Source of the DNA: Candidatus Omnitrophota bacterium
GTDB lineage: Bacteria; Omnitrophota; Gorgyraeia; JABMRJ01
Length of the DNA stretch: 54,019 bases
NCBI GenBank assembly: GCA_016783555.1
Contig: JADHWH010000004.1
Location: forward strand, 1 to 54,019
Direction: 5' to 3'
The translations under genes and the position numbers were made by a program. Positions 37,647 through 46,252 of this stretch are shown here, piece by piece (the first letter of the stretch is position 1; each line of letters starts with the position of its first letter). The notes below the pieces were generated by a model. It was not told the DNA's origin. It saw only the letters and a program-made list of their open reading frames with translations, and made no database searches.

Positions 37647-39032
37647 GTGCAGGAGATGTTAAATAAGAGCGCGAGGATACATTTTGTAGGGATAGGCGGC
37701 ATAGGCATGAGCGCCCTGGCCCAGGTGCTTTTATCCAGAGGCTATATCGTAAGCGGCTCAGATATAAACCTTAATAATCTGACGAGGCTTGTGGAATTTA
37801 AAGGCGGCAGGATATACAAGGGGCACGATAGAAAGAACGTGGGCGACGCAGAGATCGTCGTCTATTCCACGGCTGTATCCAAGGATAACCCGGAGTTGCT
37901 GGAGGCGGCGAAGCGCCATCTTAAGATATTGCACAGGGGCGAACTTCTGGGTGAATTGATGAAGGATAAGATCGGTGTTGCCGTAACCGGGGCGCACGGA
38001 AAGACTACCACCACCTCGATGCTTTCGGATATAATGATAAAGGCGCGCTTAGACCCCGTCTGCATATTAGGCGGGGAGTCGGTAAATTTAAGAAGTAATG
38101 CCTATGCGGGTAAGGGTAAGTATCTGATCGCCGAGGCGGATGAGAGCGACGGTTCTCACCTTTATCTCAACCCCAAGTTCGCCATATTGACTAATGTAGA
38201 CCGCGAACACGTCGATTACTACGAGAACATGGAGGAGCTTGTAAAAATAAATAGATCATTTTTGAAAAGGATTCATCCGGACGGCATCTTCTTCGGATTG
38301 ATCGATAACGAATTTATTAGAAAGATCCTCCTTCATTATGACCGTAGATTCGCTACATTCGGCCTGTCGAAAGAGGCCGACCTTCATGCGGCCAATATCC
38401 ATATGGAAGGAATGATTTCACGTTTTGATTGTATCTACCACAAAGAAAACCTGGGCACTATTAATATTAAGATACCCGGCATCCATAATGTGCTAAACGC
38501 CCTTGCGGCTTCTATCTTTGCGCTCCATATCGGAATAGATTTTAATGTCATAAGAGATGCGCTTTCTCTGTTTAAGTCGTCAAAACGCCGATTTGAGGTC
38601 TATCCCGATACCGACGGCATTACTCTGGTGGAAGACTACGCGCATCACCCGACGGAAATAAGCGCCGCGCTTGAAGCCTGTAGGCTGCTTAAGCCGCGCA
38701 GACTTATAACTGTCTTTCAGCCGCATCGGTATACCCGCACAAAGGCCCTGTCGAATGAATTTGGTTTATGTTTCGGTTTAAGCGACGAATTGATACTGAC
38801 GAATATATACGCAGCCAGCGAACCGCCGATAGAAGGCGTGACAGTAAAGAATATCTACGACAAAGTCCTGGAGAATAATTTTGAAAATGTGCATATAATG
38901 CCGAAAGAGAATATAGCCGATTACCTTTATAACTCTTCAGAGGACGGCGACCTTATAGCCGTATTGGGGGCGGGGGACATATCAGAGGTTGCGAAAGAGT
39001 TGGCGCAGAGGTTTAAAGATGAACCCCGTTAG
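37647..39032 (+). CDS. murC: UDP-MurNAc--L-alanine ligase
   Basis: GIGGIGMS, GAHGKTTT, EADESD, DYAHHPTE, FQPHRYTRT. Confidence 0.97.
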   Translation: MQEMLNKSARIHFVGIGGIGMSALAQVLLSRGYIVSGSDINLNNLTRLVEFKGGRIYKGHDRKNVGDAEIVVYSTAVSKDNPELLEAAKRHLKILHRGELLGELMKDKIGVAVTGAHGKTTTTSMLSDIMIKARLDPVCILGGESVNLRSNAYAGKGKYLIAEADESDGSHLYLNPKFAILTNVDREHVDYYENMEELVKINRSFLKRIHPDGIFFGLIDNEFIRKILLHYDRRFATFGLSKEADLHAANIHMEGMISRFDCIYHKENLGTINIKIPGIHNVLNALAASIFALHIGIDFNVIRDALSLFKSSKRRFEVYPDTDGITLVEDYAHHPTEISAALEACRLLKPRRLITVFQPHRYTRTKALSNEFGLCFGLSDELILTNIYAASEPPIEGVTVKNIYDKVLENNFENVHIMPKENIADYLYNSSEDGDLIAVLGAGDISEVAKELAQRFKDEPR

Positions 39033-39129
39033 ACCTTTGAAAGATGACAAGAAGGTCTAACGGGGTGAACCCCGTTAGACCTTTGAAAGATGACGAAGAG
39101 GTCTTATGGGGTCAGGAGGTCTAACGGGG
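39024..39129. mobile_element. Two tandem family B elements, B4a 39024-39065 and B4b 39070-39129 (target duplication TGAA x3)
   Basis: A-TGAA-[TIR..TIR]-TGAA-[TIR..TIR]-TGAA-AAG in the murB start; supplies the murC stop (TAG). Confidence 0.85.
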
Positions 39130-40040
39130 TGAAAAGAGACTTTAAAAAGGACTTGAGAGGATCGCTAAAGGGTTTCATATCTTTTAATGAATATTTAAGC
39201 GCGCATACCACATTTAAGATAGGGGGAAGGCCGCGCGTCTGGGTCGAGCCCGATTCTATCGAAGACTTAAGAAGCGCCCTCGAAATTTTTGGAAGGATAA
39301 AACTAAAGACTTTTTTAATAGGAAACGGCTCGAATGTATTGGCACGTGACGGCAGGCTCAATAGAGCCGTTATAAAATTATCCACCCCGCCTTTTAAAAA
39401 TCTGATTTTCGGCAAGGGTCATATTATTTGCGGCTGCGGCCATACCCTCCCCGGCCTTATCAGAAAGTGCATAGATAGGGGGTTGGCCGGCCTAGAGGGG
39501 CTTGCCGGCATACCCGGCAGTGTCGGCGGCGCCATTATGACGAACGCGGGCGGGATCGGCATGAGGAGCATATTGGATACCGTCGAGTGGATTAAGGTTA
39601 TGGATTATAAGCAAAGGAAGGTATCTTCGATTAAGAAGAAGAGACTGAGATACAATTACAGAGACTCCGACCTCTCAAAGTATGTGATATTAGAGGCGAA
39701 GATTTTGTTAAAGAAGGAAGCCCCGGATGCTATAGGCGAAAGGTATGATAGATTCTTGAGGCAAAAACTGGCTACGCAGGACTACAGACTGCCGAGCGCG
39801 GGTTGTATATTTAAGAATCCGAAAGAGTCAGGCCTGACAAGCGGCCAGATTTTAGAAAAGTGCAGACTAAAAGGGCTGAAGATAGGAGACGCAGAAGTAT
39901 CACGCAGGCACGCCAATTTTATCGTAAATAAAAGAAAAGCGAAATTCAAGGATGTAATGTCATTGATTAAGCTGGAACAGAGGCTGGTAAAGAGGAATTT
40001 CGGCATATGGCTGGAACCGGAAATAGAGATAGTAAAGTAA
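39129..40040 (+). CDS. murB: UDP-N-acetylenolpyruvoylglucosamine reductase (probable GTG start at 39129)
   Basis: HTTFKIGG, GNGSNVL, GIPGSVGGA, SAGCIFKNP, HANFIVN. Confidence 0.95.
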   Translation: MKRDFKKDLRGSLKGFISFNEYLSAHTTFKIGGRPRVWVEPDSIEDLRSALEIFGRIKLKTFLIGNGSNVLARDGRLNRAVIKLSTPPFKNLIFGKGHIICGCGHTLPGLIRKCIDRGLAGLEGLAGIPGSVGGAIMTNAGGIGMRSILDTVEWIKVMDYKQRKVSSIKKKRLRYNYRDSDLSKYVILEAKILLKKEAPDAIGERYDRFLRQKLATQDYRLPSAGCIFKNPKESGLTSGQILEKCRLKGLKIGDAEVSRRHANFIVNKRKAKFKDVMSLIKLEQRLVKRNFGIWLEPEIEIVK

Positions 40041-40981
40041 GAAGGTTTAAGAAGGTGGGCGTATTGGCAGGCGGCCCGTCCAGCGAAAGAGATATATCGC
40101 TTGCCTCCGGAGAGGCCGTGAATAACGCCTTATTAAAAGGAGGCGTTAATTCTGTCTTCATAGATGTCCGTGAGCGCGTAAGGGATGCGGTCAGGAAAAG
40201 CGGCGCCGACGCGGTATTTATAGCGCTGCACGGCGGCTTCGGAGAAGACGGGACAGTCCAGTCAATTCTGGAGAAGCTTAAGATCCCTTATACCGGTTCC
40301 GGCCCGGATGCGTCGAGGCTGGCGCTGGACAAGCTCGCCTCGCGCGAGATATTCCGCGGTATCGGCATCGATGTCCCGAAGTATAAGGTGCTAAAAAAAA
40401 ATAGAGATAGCCGGATGGACAGCCTTAATATGCCCGTTGTCGTCAAGCCTCAGAAGGAAGGTTCAAGCGTCGGCCTTTCAGTGGTATTCGATTTAAAGAG
40501 ATTAAAGAAAGCTATTGATAAGGCCTTTGATTACGGCGACAAGATATTAATAGAGGAATTCATAAGAGGGAGAGAGCTTACCGTAGGTATATTGGCCGAT
40601 AAGCCCCTTCCGGTGATAGAGATTGTTCCTGAGGGCGATCTGTATGATTATTACGCCAAATACGAAAGCCCCAAGACTAAATACCTGGTCCCGGCGCCTA
40701 TTACAGATAAAGATTTTGACAAGGCAAAAGAGATCGGATTAAAGGCGCATAAGACGCTTGGGTGCAGATACTTCTCGCGCGTCGATATGGTGCTGGGCGA
40801 CGACGGCAGAATCTATGTATTGGAGGTCAATACAATCCCCGGCCTTACGTCAAGGAGTCTCCTGCCCAAGGCGGCCTTGGTCACAGGGGTTGACTTTTGC
40901 GGATTATGTATTAAAATCTTAGAGGCATCTACTCTTAACGGCAGAAGGAGGTCAAATGAAGCCCGAACTTATGGAGCGTAA
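40007..40981 (+). CDS. ddl: D-alanine--D-alanine ligase
   Basis: GGPSSERDIS, LHGGFGEDG, EGSSVG, EVNTIPG; C-terminus comes from element A5. Confidence 0.96.
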   Translation: MAGTGNRDSKVRRFKKVGVLAGGPSSERDISLASGEAVNNALLKGGVNSVFIDVRERVRDAVRKSGADAVFIALHGGFGEDGTVQSILEKLKIPYTGSGPDASRLALDKLASREIFRGIGIDVPKYKVLKKNRDSRMDSLNMPVVVKPQKEGSSVGLSVVFDLKRLKKAIDKAFDYGDKILIEEFIRGRELTVGILADKPLPVIEIVPEGDLYDYYAKYESPKTKYLVPAPITDKDFDKAKEIGLKAHKTLGCRYFSRVDMVLGDDGRIYVLEVNTIPGLTSRSLLPKAALVTGVDFCGLCIKILEASTLNGRRRSNEARTYGA

Positions 40982-41138
40982 GCAAACATAAGTTCGTTGG
41001 CTGAATTTGACCCTTGACATTTTGCCTGTCGACTTCACCAGCAAAATGTCAAGGGTTTAATTCGACCCTTCGGGGAAGAGTTTCAGAGAAGATAGACTTA
41101 CGAAAAATCTTTGATTTTTCGTAAGCCTAGGTCTCATT
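40955..41138. mobile_element. Family A four-way-junction element, copy A5
   Basis: AATGA|AGCC..GGCT|GAATT..AATTC|GACC..GGTC|TCATT. Confidence 0.87.
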
Positions 41139-41155
41139 AAAGGAGGTAGATTTGT

Positions 41156-41959
41156 ATGGAGAGACAGAAGAATAAGAAAGAGAATAAGAAAGAGAAGAAG
41201 AAAGAAGGCTTTTTTAAAAAGAGGATCTCTACGTTCATAATAGGCGGATTTCTATTTTTGTTTTTACTGATTACCGCCGGTCTCGCGGTCTTTTCATATC
41301 AGCTCCTTTATAATTCGGATTGGTTTTTTATTAAAGAAAGCCGCATAGACTGGCTGAAGGAGCCTCTGGCTAAAGAAGAGTATAACGAACTCTTCAAAAC
41401 GGGCTCCGGGCGGAATATATTCAAATTTAATATTTCCTCGGCAAGAGATGAGATATTAAACGCCCATCCGGAGCTCAAAGAGATATGGATAGTAAGGAAC
41501 TTCCCCGATAGATTGATGCTTAAGATATATCCGAGGGTGCCTGTGGCGCAGGTCGGAGAAAGAAACTTCTTTCTTACGGACCAGGAAGGCGTGGTCTTGA
41601 CTGAGGAGCAGGATTTTATAAGAGAAGGCCTTCCGATAATAACCGGCGTAGGCTGGCGTATCTTCCGCAAAGTCGGGCATAGAGAAGATTCTTCGAGGAT
41701 GAAGAGCGCGCTTAAGCTTCTTAAGGCAGTAAAGGAATCTGATTTTATGGATGACCATACGTTGGCCAAGATAGACGTCTCGGATTATAGAAACGTCTCA
41801 TTCTTTATTGAGGACGGGCTTGAGGTCAAGATTGGCCATACGAATTTCAAGGAGAGACTTGAGTCTCTTGATAATACGCTTTTGTCCATGGAGATAGATA
41901 GAGACCGCATAAAATATATAGATTTGAGATTCGACGATGTTGTGCTGGGGACAAAATAG
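41156..41959 (+). CDS. ftsQ: Cell division protein FtsQ/DivIB
   Basis: Basic N-terminus, TM, POTRA (RNFPDRL), C-terminal YIDLRF. Confidence 0.88.
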   Translation: MERQKNKKENKKEKKKEGFFKKRISTFIIGGFLFLFLLITAGLAVFSYQLLYNSDWFFIKESRIDWLKEPLAKEEYNELFKTGSGRNIFKFNISSARDEILNAHPELKEIWIVRNFPDRLMLKIYPRVPVAQVGERNFFLTDQEGVVLTEEQDFIREGLPIITGVGWRIFRKVGHREDSSRMKSALKLLKAVKESDFMDDHTLAKIDVSDYRNVSFFIEDGLEVKIGHTNFKERLESLDNTLLSMEIDRDRIKYIDLRFDDVVLGTK

Positions 41960-41962
41960 AAG

Positions 41963-43186
41963 ATGAGAAATATTATGACGGGGCTTGATATCGGGACATC
42001 CAAGATTTGCGCCGCTATAGCCGGAGTCTCGCCGGACGGCAAGATCGAAATACGCGGTATAGGCCTTGCCGAGGCCAAGGGGATAAATAAGGGCTTTGTT
42101 TCGAGCCTTGATAAGCTTATCGACTCTGTAAGCACGGCCGTTAAGGCGGCGGAGGACGAAGCAGGCGTAAAGGCGCATAATGTTGTGACAAATATAAGCG
42201 GTTCTTCAGTAGCGGGTAAGCTTAATGAAGGGCTTGTGCATCTTTCCAGGCGGGGCAGGGAGATTACAAGGAGGGACATAAACGGGGCTATCGAGACGAC
42301 CAAGAATATATCTCTTACGCTCGAAAGGGATTTTCTCTATTGCGTACCTCAAGAGTTCGTCGTGGATGACAATGCCGGGGTAGAAGATGCCCTCGGATTA
42401 TTCGGCACTAAATTAAAGGTGAGATTATACGTAATTACGGCGCTCGCCACTCATATTCAAAATATATCAAAGGCCGTCAGCTACGCAGGTTATGAGCTGA
42501 CGGATATAGTTCCTACGCTCGTAGCCAGCGCATCATGCATCTTGAGAGACGAGCATAAAGAGAACGGGACGTTAGTCATAGATATGGGCGGCGGGATTAC
42601 TGAATTGGCTATATATAAAAATGGCATGCTCAGGTTTTTTGACTCGGTCAACGTGGGCGGCATGGACCTGACGGCGTCTTTATCCGCCCACTTTAAAATC
42701 TCATTTGAGAGCGCAGAGATGATAAAGAGAAAGTGCGCGGGTATCTCTAAGGAAGACCTGTCTAAGGAAAAGAAGAGCATCTTTGATGTGGATAACAGGC
42801 ACGTTACGGTAAACAGTATCATAATAAATAATCTCTTGAAAGAAAGGTTTGAGGAGATCTTTTACATATTGAATGACAGACTAAAAAGCTCGGAGTTCTT
42901 TTCTGATTCGATGCCGGCATTTATGGTAACAGGCGGCAGCTCCCTTTTGAGCGGCGCCCACGAATCATTTGAAGATCTTTTAAATATTCCAATAAAGAGA
43001 TGGCGGATAGAAGAGATAGATGCAGACCCCTCGTATCTTTCAAATCCTGTCTATTCCGCCGCCATCAGCCTTGCCAAGTATGGTTTGGATAAAGAGAAGA
43101 AGCCGGGACGGACCTACTCCAGAGGCAAATCCTTCCTCCTCGATTCAGTATCCAGAATGCGCGCCTTCCTCGACGACTACTTCTAA
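41963..43186 (+). CDS. ftsA: Cell division protein FtsA
   Basis: GLDIGTSKI, IDMGGGIT, AEMIK, TGGSS, amphipathic C-terminal helix ending FLDDYF. Confidence 0.93.
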   Translation: MRNIMTGLDIGTSKICAAIAGVSPDGKIEIRGIGLAEAKGINKGFVSSLDKLIDSVSTAVKAAEDEAGVKAHNVVTNISGSSVAGKLNEGLVHLSRRGREITRRDINGAIETTKNISLTLERDFLYCVPQEFVVDDNAGVEDALGLFGTKLKVRLYVITALATHIQNISKAVSYAGYELTDIVPTLVASASCILRDEHKENGTLVIDMGGGITELAIYKNGMLRFFDSVNVGGMDLTASLSAHFKISFESAEMIKRKCAGISKEDLSKEKKSIFDVDNRHVTVNSIIINNLLKERFEEIFYILNDRLKSSEFFSDSMPAFMVTGGSSLLSGAHESFEDLLNIPIKRWRIEEIDADPSYLSNPVYSAAISLAKYGLDKEKKPGRTYSRGKSFLLDSVSRMRAFLDDYF

Positions 43187-43204
43187 CCAGTGATAGCAAT
43201 AACA

Positions 43205-43315
43205 GCGTAAGGCGCAAAGGGCAAAGCGCAAAACTTATGTGTCGCTTCGCGACCTTAATTTAACGCCGCCGAAGGCGGCACCACAGCTTTGCGCTTTTCG
43301 CCTTGCACTTTACGC
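43205..43315. repeat. Heptad-periodic palindromic element
   Basis: GCGTAAGGCGCAAAGGGCAAAGCGCAAA ... TTTGCGCTTTTCGCCTTGCACTTTACGC, with internal GTCGCTTCGCGAC and GCCGCCGAAGGCGGC hairpins. Confidence 0.75.
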
Positions 43316-43393
43316 CACTGCTAGATACATATAAGTCATGCGTTTTAGTAATATTGACATTAGACATTATATATGATATCTTATTAAGCTAAT

Positions 43394-44071
43394 ATGATAA
43401 GTGATAATATTAAGGAGATCAATAATAGAATAAAATTAGCATGTAAGAAGAGCGGGCGCGACCCCAGCGAGATAACCCTTGTCTGCGTCACAAAGGGCAT
43501 AGACCCGTACAGGATAAGCGAAGTCTTTGTGCATGGTATAAAGGATATCGGGGAGAATAGAGTCAAGGAGGCCCTCAAGAAGAAGCCTGCGGTACTGCCC
43601 GGCGCAAAATGGCATCTTATAGGACATCTTCAGACAAACAAGGTAAAGGACGCGATAGAGATATTCGGGCTTATGCACTCTGTAGATAGCCTGGAACTGG
43701 CCAGAAAGATCGATAAAGAGGCCAAGAAGAAAGAGAAGAGAGTCGATATGCTTATACAGGTAAACACGTCCGGGGAAGAGAGTAAATACGGCATAAGACC
43801 GGAGGAGGTCAGCCCCTTTTTGAAAGAGGCGTCACAATTGACAAACGTAAAGATATTAGGCCTTATGACTATAACCCCCTTGACTGAGGATCCGGAGAAA
43901 GTTCGGCCGTATTTAAGACTGCTTAAGGAGGTTTTCGAGAGCGTAGGAAACGAGGCCATACCGAACGTCGAAATGAAGTATCTCTCTATGGGTATGTCAC
44001 AGGACTATGGAGTCGCGGTTGAAGAAGGCGCTAACATGATAAGAATCGGCAGCGCCATATTTAGAGAGTGA
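43394..44071 (+). CDS. yggS: PLP homeostasis protein (YggS/PROSC)
   Basis: VCVTK, GENRV, WHLIGHLQTNK, LSMGMSQD, IRIGSAIF. Confidence 0.95.
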   Translation: MISDNIKEINNRIKLACKKSGRDPSEITLVCVTKGIDPYRISEVFVHGIKDIGENRVKEALKKKPAVLPGAKWHLIGHLQTNKVKDAIEIFGLMHSVDSLELARKIDKEAKKKEKRVDMLIQVNTSGEESKYGIRPEEVSPFLKEASQLTNVKILGLMTITPLTEDPEKVRPYLRLLKEVFESVGNEAIPNVEMKYLSMGMSQDYGVAVEEGANMIRIGSAIFRE

Positions 44072-44081
44072 GACAGATGTT

Positions 44082-44218
44082 AAATCCGAAGCACGAAACC
44101 CGAAATTCGAAACAAACTCGAATAACCAAAATCCGAATAACCGAAACCGAATGTTTTGAACATTTGAAAATTCGGATTTCTAATTTGTTTCGGATTTCGA
44201 TATTCGAATTTCGAATTT
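44082..44218. repeat. Heptamer-periodic imperfect palindrome (AAATCCG/CGAAATT type)
   Basis: AAATCCGAAGCACGAAACCCGAAATTCGAAACAAA ... TTTGTTTCGGATTTCGATATTCGAATTTCGAATTT. Confidence 0.8.
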
Positions 44219-44232
44219 GAAACGAGGTTAAG

Positions 44233-45039
44233 ATGAAAAAGATCGGGATAATAGGTTGCGGTAATATGGGCGAGGCTATTCTAAAAGGGATAGTCTCGGA
44301 GAAATTGTTTTCGCACAAGCGGATCTCTGTTTCTGATGCGGATTCTACGAAACTGGACCGCATAAAGAAGGTCTATAACGTAAACGCCACTTTTAATAAT
44401 TCATTGGTGGCCAAGACGTGCAACATTATTATAATCGCCGTAAAGCCGCAGGATATGGGAGAACTGCTCGCCGGCATCTCGGAATATCTGAATGATAAGA
44501 AATTATTAGTCTCTATAGCTGCGGGTATAACAACAAAGAAGATAAACGAATTTATAGGACGAGATATCCCTGTCGCAAGGGCCATGCCCAACATGCCGGC
44601 CCTTATAAATATGGGATTCTCCGCTTTATCATTTTCGAAGAGTGTCGACAAAGGCCTTGCGAAATCAGTGGTATCGATTTTTGGCTGCATAGGGGATGTT
44701 GTAGAGGTCGATGAGAAAGATCTGGACACGATAACCGCGATAAGCGGAAGCGGGCCGGCATACTTCTTCTATCTAATCGAGATGCTTATAAAAAGCGGCG
44801 TGAAACTCGGCCTTAAAAAAGAGGTCGCCGAGAGGGCCGCCATTAAGACGGCCTTGGGCAGCGCAGAGCTTTTGAGCAAATTCGGCGAAGATGCGGGCCG
44901 CTTGAGAAAGAAAGTCACGTCAGAAGGCGGCACAACAGAAGCGGCTTTCAAGGCATTCAAAAAGAGTAAATTAGGCCCCGCCATACAAAAGGGTATAAAG
45001 GCGGCCAGGGACAGGTCTAAAGAGTTATCGGGAGGCTGA
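44233..45039 (+). CDS. proC: Pyrroline-5-carboxylate reductase
   Basis: IGCGNMG, AVKPQ, RAMPN, SGSGPAY, VTSEGGTT. Confidence 0.96.
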   Translation: MKKIGIIGCGNMGEAILKGIVSEKLFSHKRISVSDADSTKLDRIKKVYNVNATFNNSLVAKTCNIIIIAVKPQDMGELLAGISEYLNDKKLLVSIAAGITTKKINEFIGRDIPVARAMPNMPALINMGFSALSFSKSVDKGLAKSVVSIFGCIGDVVEVDEKDLDTITAISGSGPAYFFYLIEMLIKSGVKLGLKKEVAERAAIKTALGSAELLSKFGEDAGRLRKKVTSEGGTTEAAFKAFKKSKLGPAIQKGIKAARDRSKELSGG

Positions 45040-45040
45040 T

Positions 45041-45337
45041 ATGTTTATCCTGGGTCAATTATTCAGTAGTCTGGCGCTTTTGTTCAACATGATCTTTAAT
45101 GTCATATATTTTCTTTTGGTTATCCGTATTATTCTCTCTTGGTTTGGGGTAAACCGTTATAATGAACTGGTTCAGATTCTGTTTAGAATAACAGAACCAA
45201 TTTTAGCCCCTTTCAGGCGGCTGCCGCTGCAGATGGGCGCGATGGATTTTTCCCCGATAATAGCATTTATCATATTGGCATTTTTGAGGAATTTTGTCGT
45301 CGGCTTATTAACGCAGCTCGCATATAGGTTCGGGTAG
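45041..45337 (+). CDS. yggT: YggT family membrane protein
   Basis: ILSWF, ITEPILAPFRR, DFSPI. Confidence 0.92.
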   Translation: MFILGQLFSSLALLFNMIFNVIYFLLVIRIILSWFGVNRYNELVQILFRITEPILAPFRRLPLQMGAMDFSPIIAFIILAFLRNFVVGLLTQLAYRFG

Positions 45338-45381
45338 ACGCATTAGGTCTGTTTTTAATATTCGCATAGGAGGAGTCGAAG

Positions 45382-46251
45382 ATGCCTAAGATAGGGATTA
45401 TAGGTGGGAGCGGTCTTAATAATATAGAGGGGCTGAAAGATGTAAAGGGTGTTGAGGTAGAGACGCCTTTTGGCAAGCCGTCCGATAAATTCATCTGTGG
45501 AGTGTTAGACGGCAGGGAGATAGCATTTTTACCCAGACACGGTGTGGGTCACAGGATTCTGCCTACCGAATTGAACTATAGGGCCAACATATACGGCATG
45601 AAGAAGCTCGGCGTAGAGAGGATAATATCGATCAGTACCGTAGGAAGCTTCAAAAAGGAACTGAAGCCTTTGGACATTTTGGTGGTGAGCCAGTTTGTGG
45701 ACAGGACGAATCAGTCGAGAAAGACCACTTTTTTCGGGGAAGGGATAGCGGGCCATATCCCATTTGCCGAACCGATATGTTCGGAACTTTCCGGTATACT
45801 CTACGAGGCGGGCAAGAATGTCGGGGCAACGATGCACAGAAAAGGGACGTATCTTAACATGGAAGGGCCCGCATTTTCTACCATAGCCGAATCCCACCTC
45901 TATAAGAGCTGGGGCATGGATGTCATCGGTATGACCAACATGCCGGAGGCGAGGCTCTCAAGAGAGGCGGAGATATGCTATTCGACCCTTGCGATGATTA
46001 CAGATTATGACAGCTGGCGCCTGGAAGAAGAAGGGGGGCCGAGCGTTGTAACGATAGATCTGATTATACAGAATTTAAATAAAAATGCGGAGACCGCAAA
46101 GAGGCTCATAAGAGAGGCGTTGAAGAGAATACCGGATGAGAGAAGCTGCCCGTGCAAGGATACACTTAAGTACTCTATCGTAACGCGGAAGGATTTGATA
46201 CCCAAAAAGAGAAGAAAAGAGCTTGATATTATAATAGGGAAGTATCTATAA
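45382..46251 (+). CDS. mtnP: S-methyl-5'-thioadenosine phosphorylase
   Basis: IGIIGGSG, TPFGKPS, PRHG, EGPAFST, GMT..PEA, TDYD. Confidence 0.93.
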   Translation: MPKIGIIGGSGLNNIEGLKDVKGVEVETPFGKPSDKFICGVLDGREIAFLPRHGVGHRILPTELNYRANIYGMKKLGVERIISISTVGSFKKELKPLDILVVSQFVDRTNQSRKTTFFGEGIAGHIPFAEPICSELSGILYEAGKNVGATMHRKGTYLNMEGPAFSTIAESHLYKSWGMDVIGMTNMPEARLSREAEICYSTLAMITDYDSWRLEEEGGPSVVTIDLIIQNLNKNAETAKRLIREALKRIPDERSCPCKDTLKYSIVTRKDLIPKKRRKELDIIIGKYL

Positions 46252-46252
46252 G

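Noticed and set aside
40932-40953. Possible family B remnant (CTCTTAACGGCAGAAGGAGGTC) before A5
   Set aside because: No left end or target duplication; could simply be a ribosome-binding site
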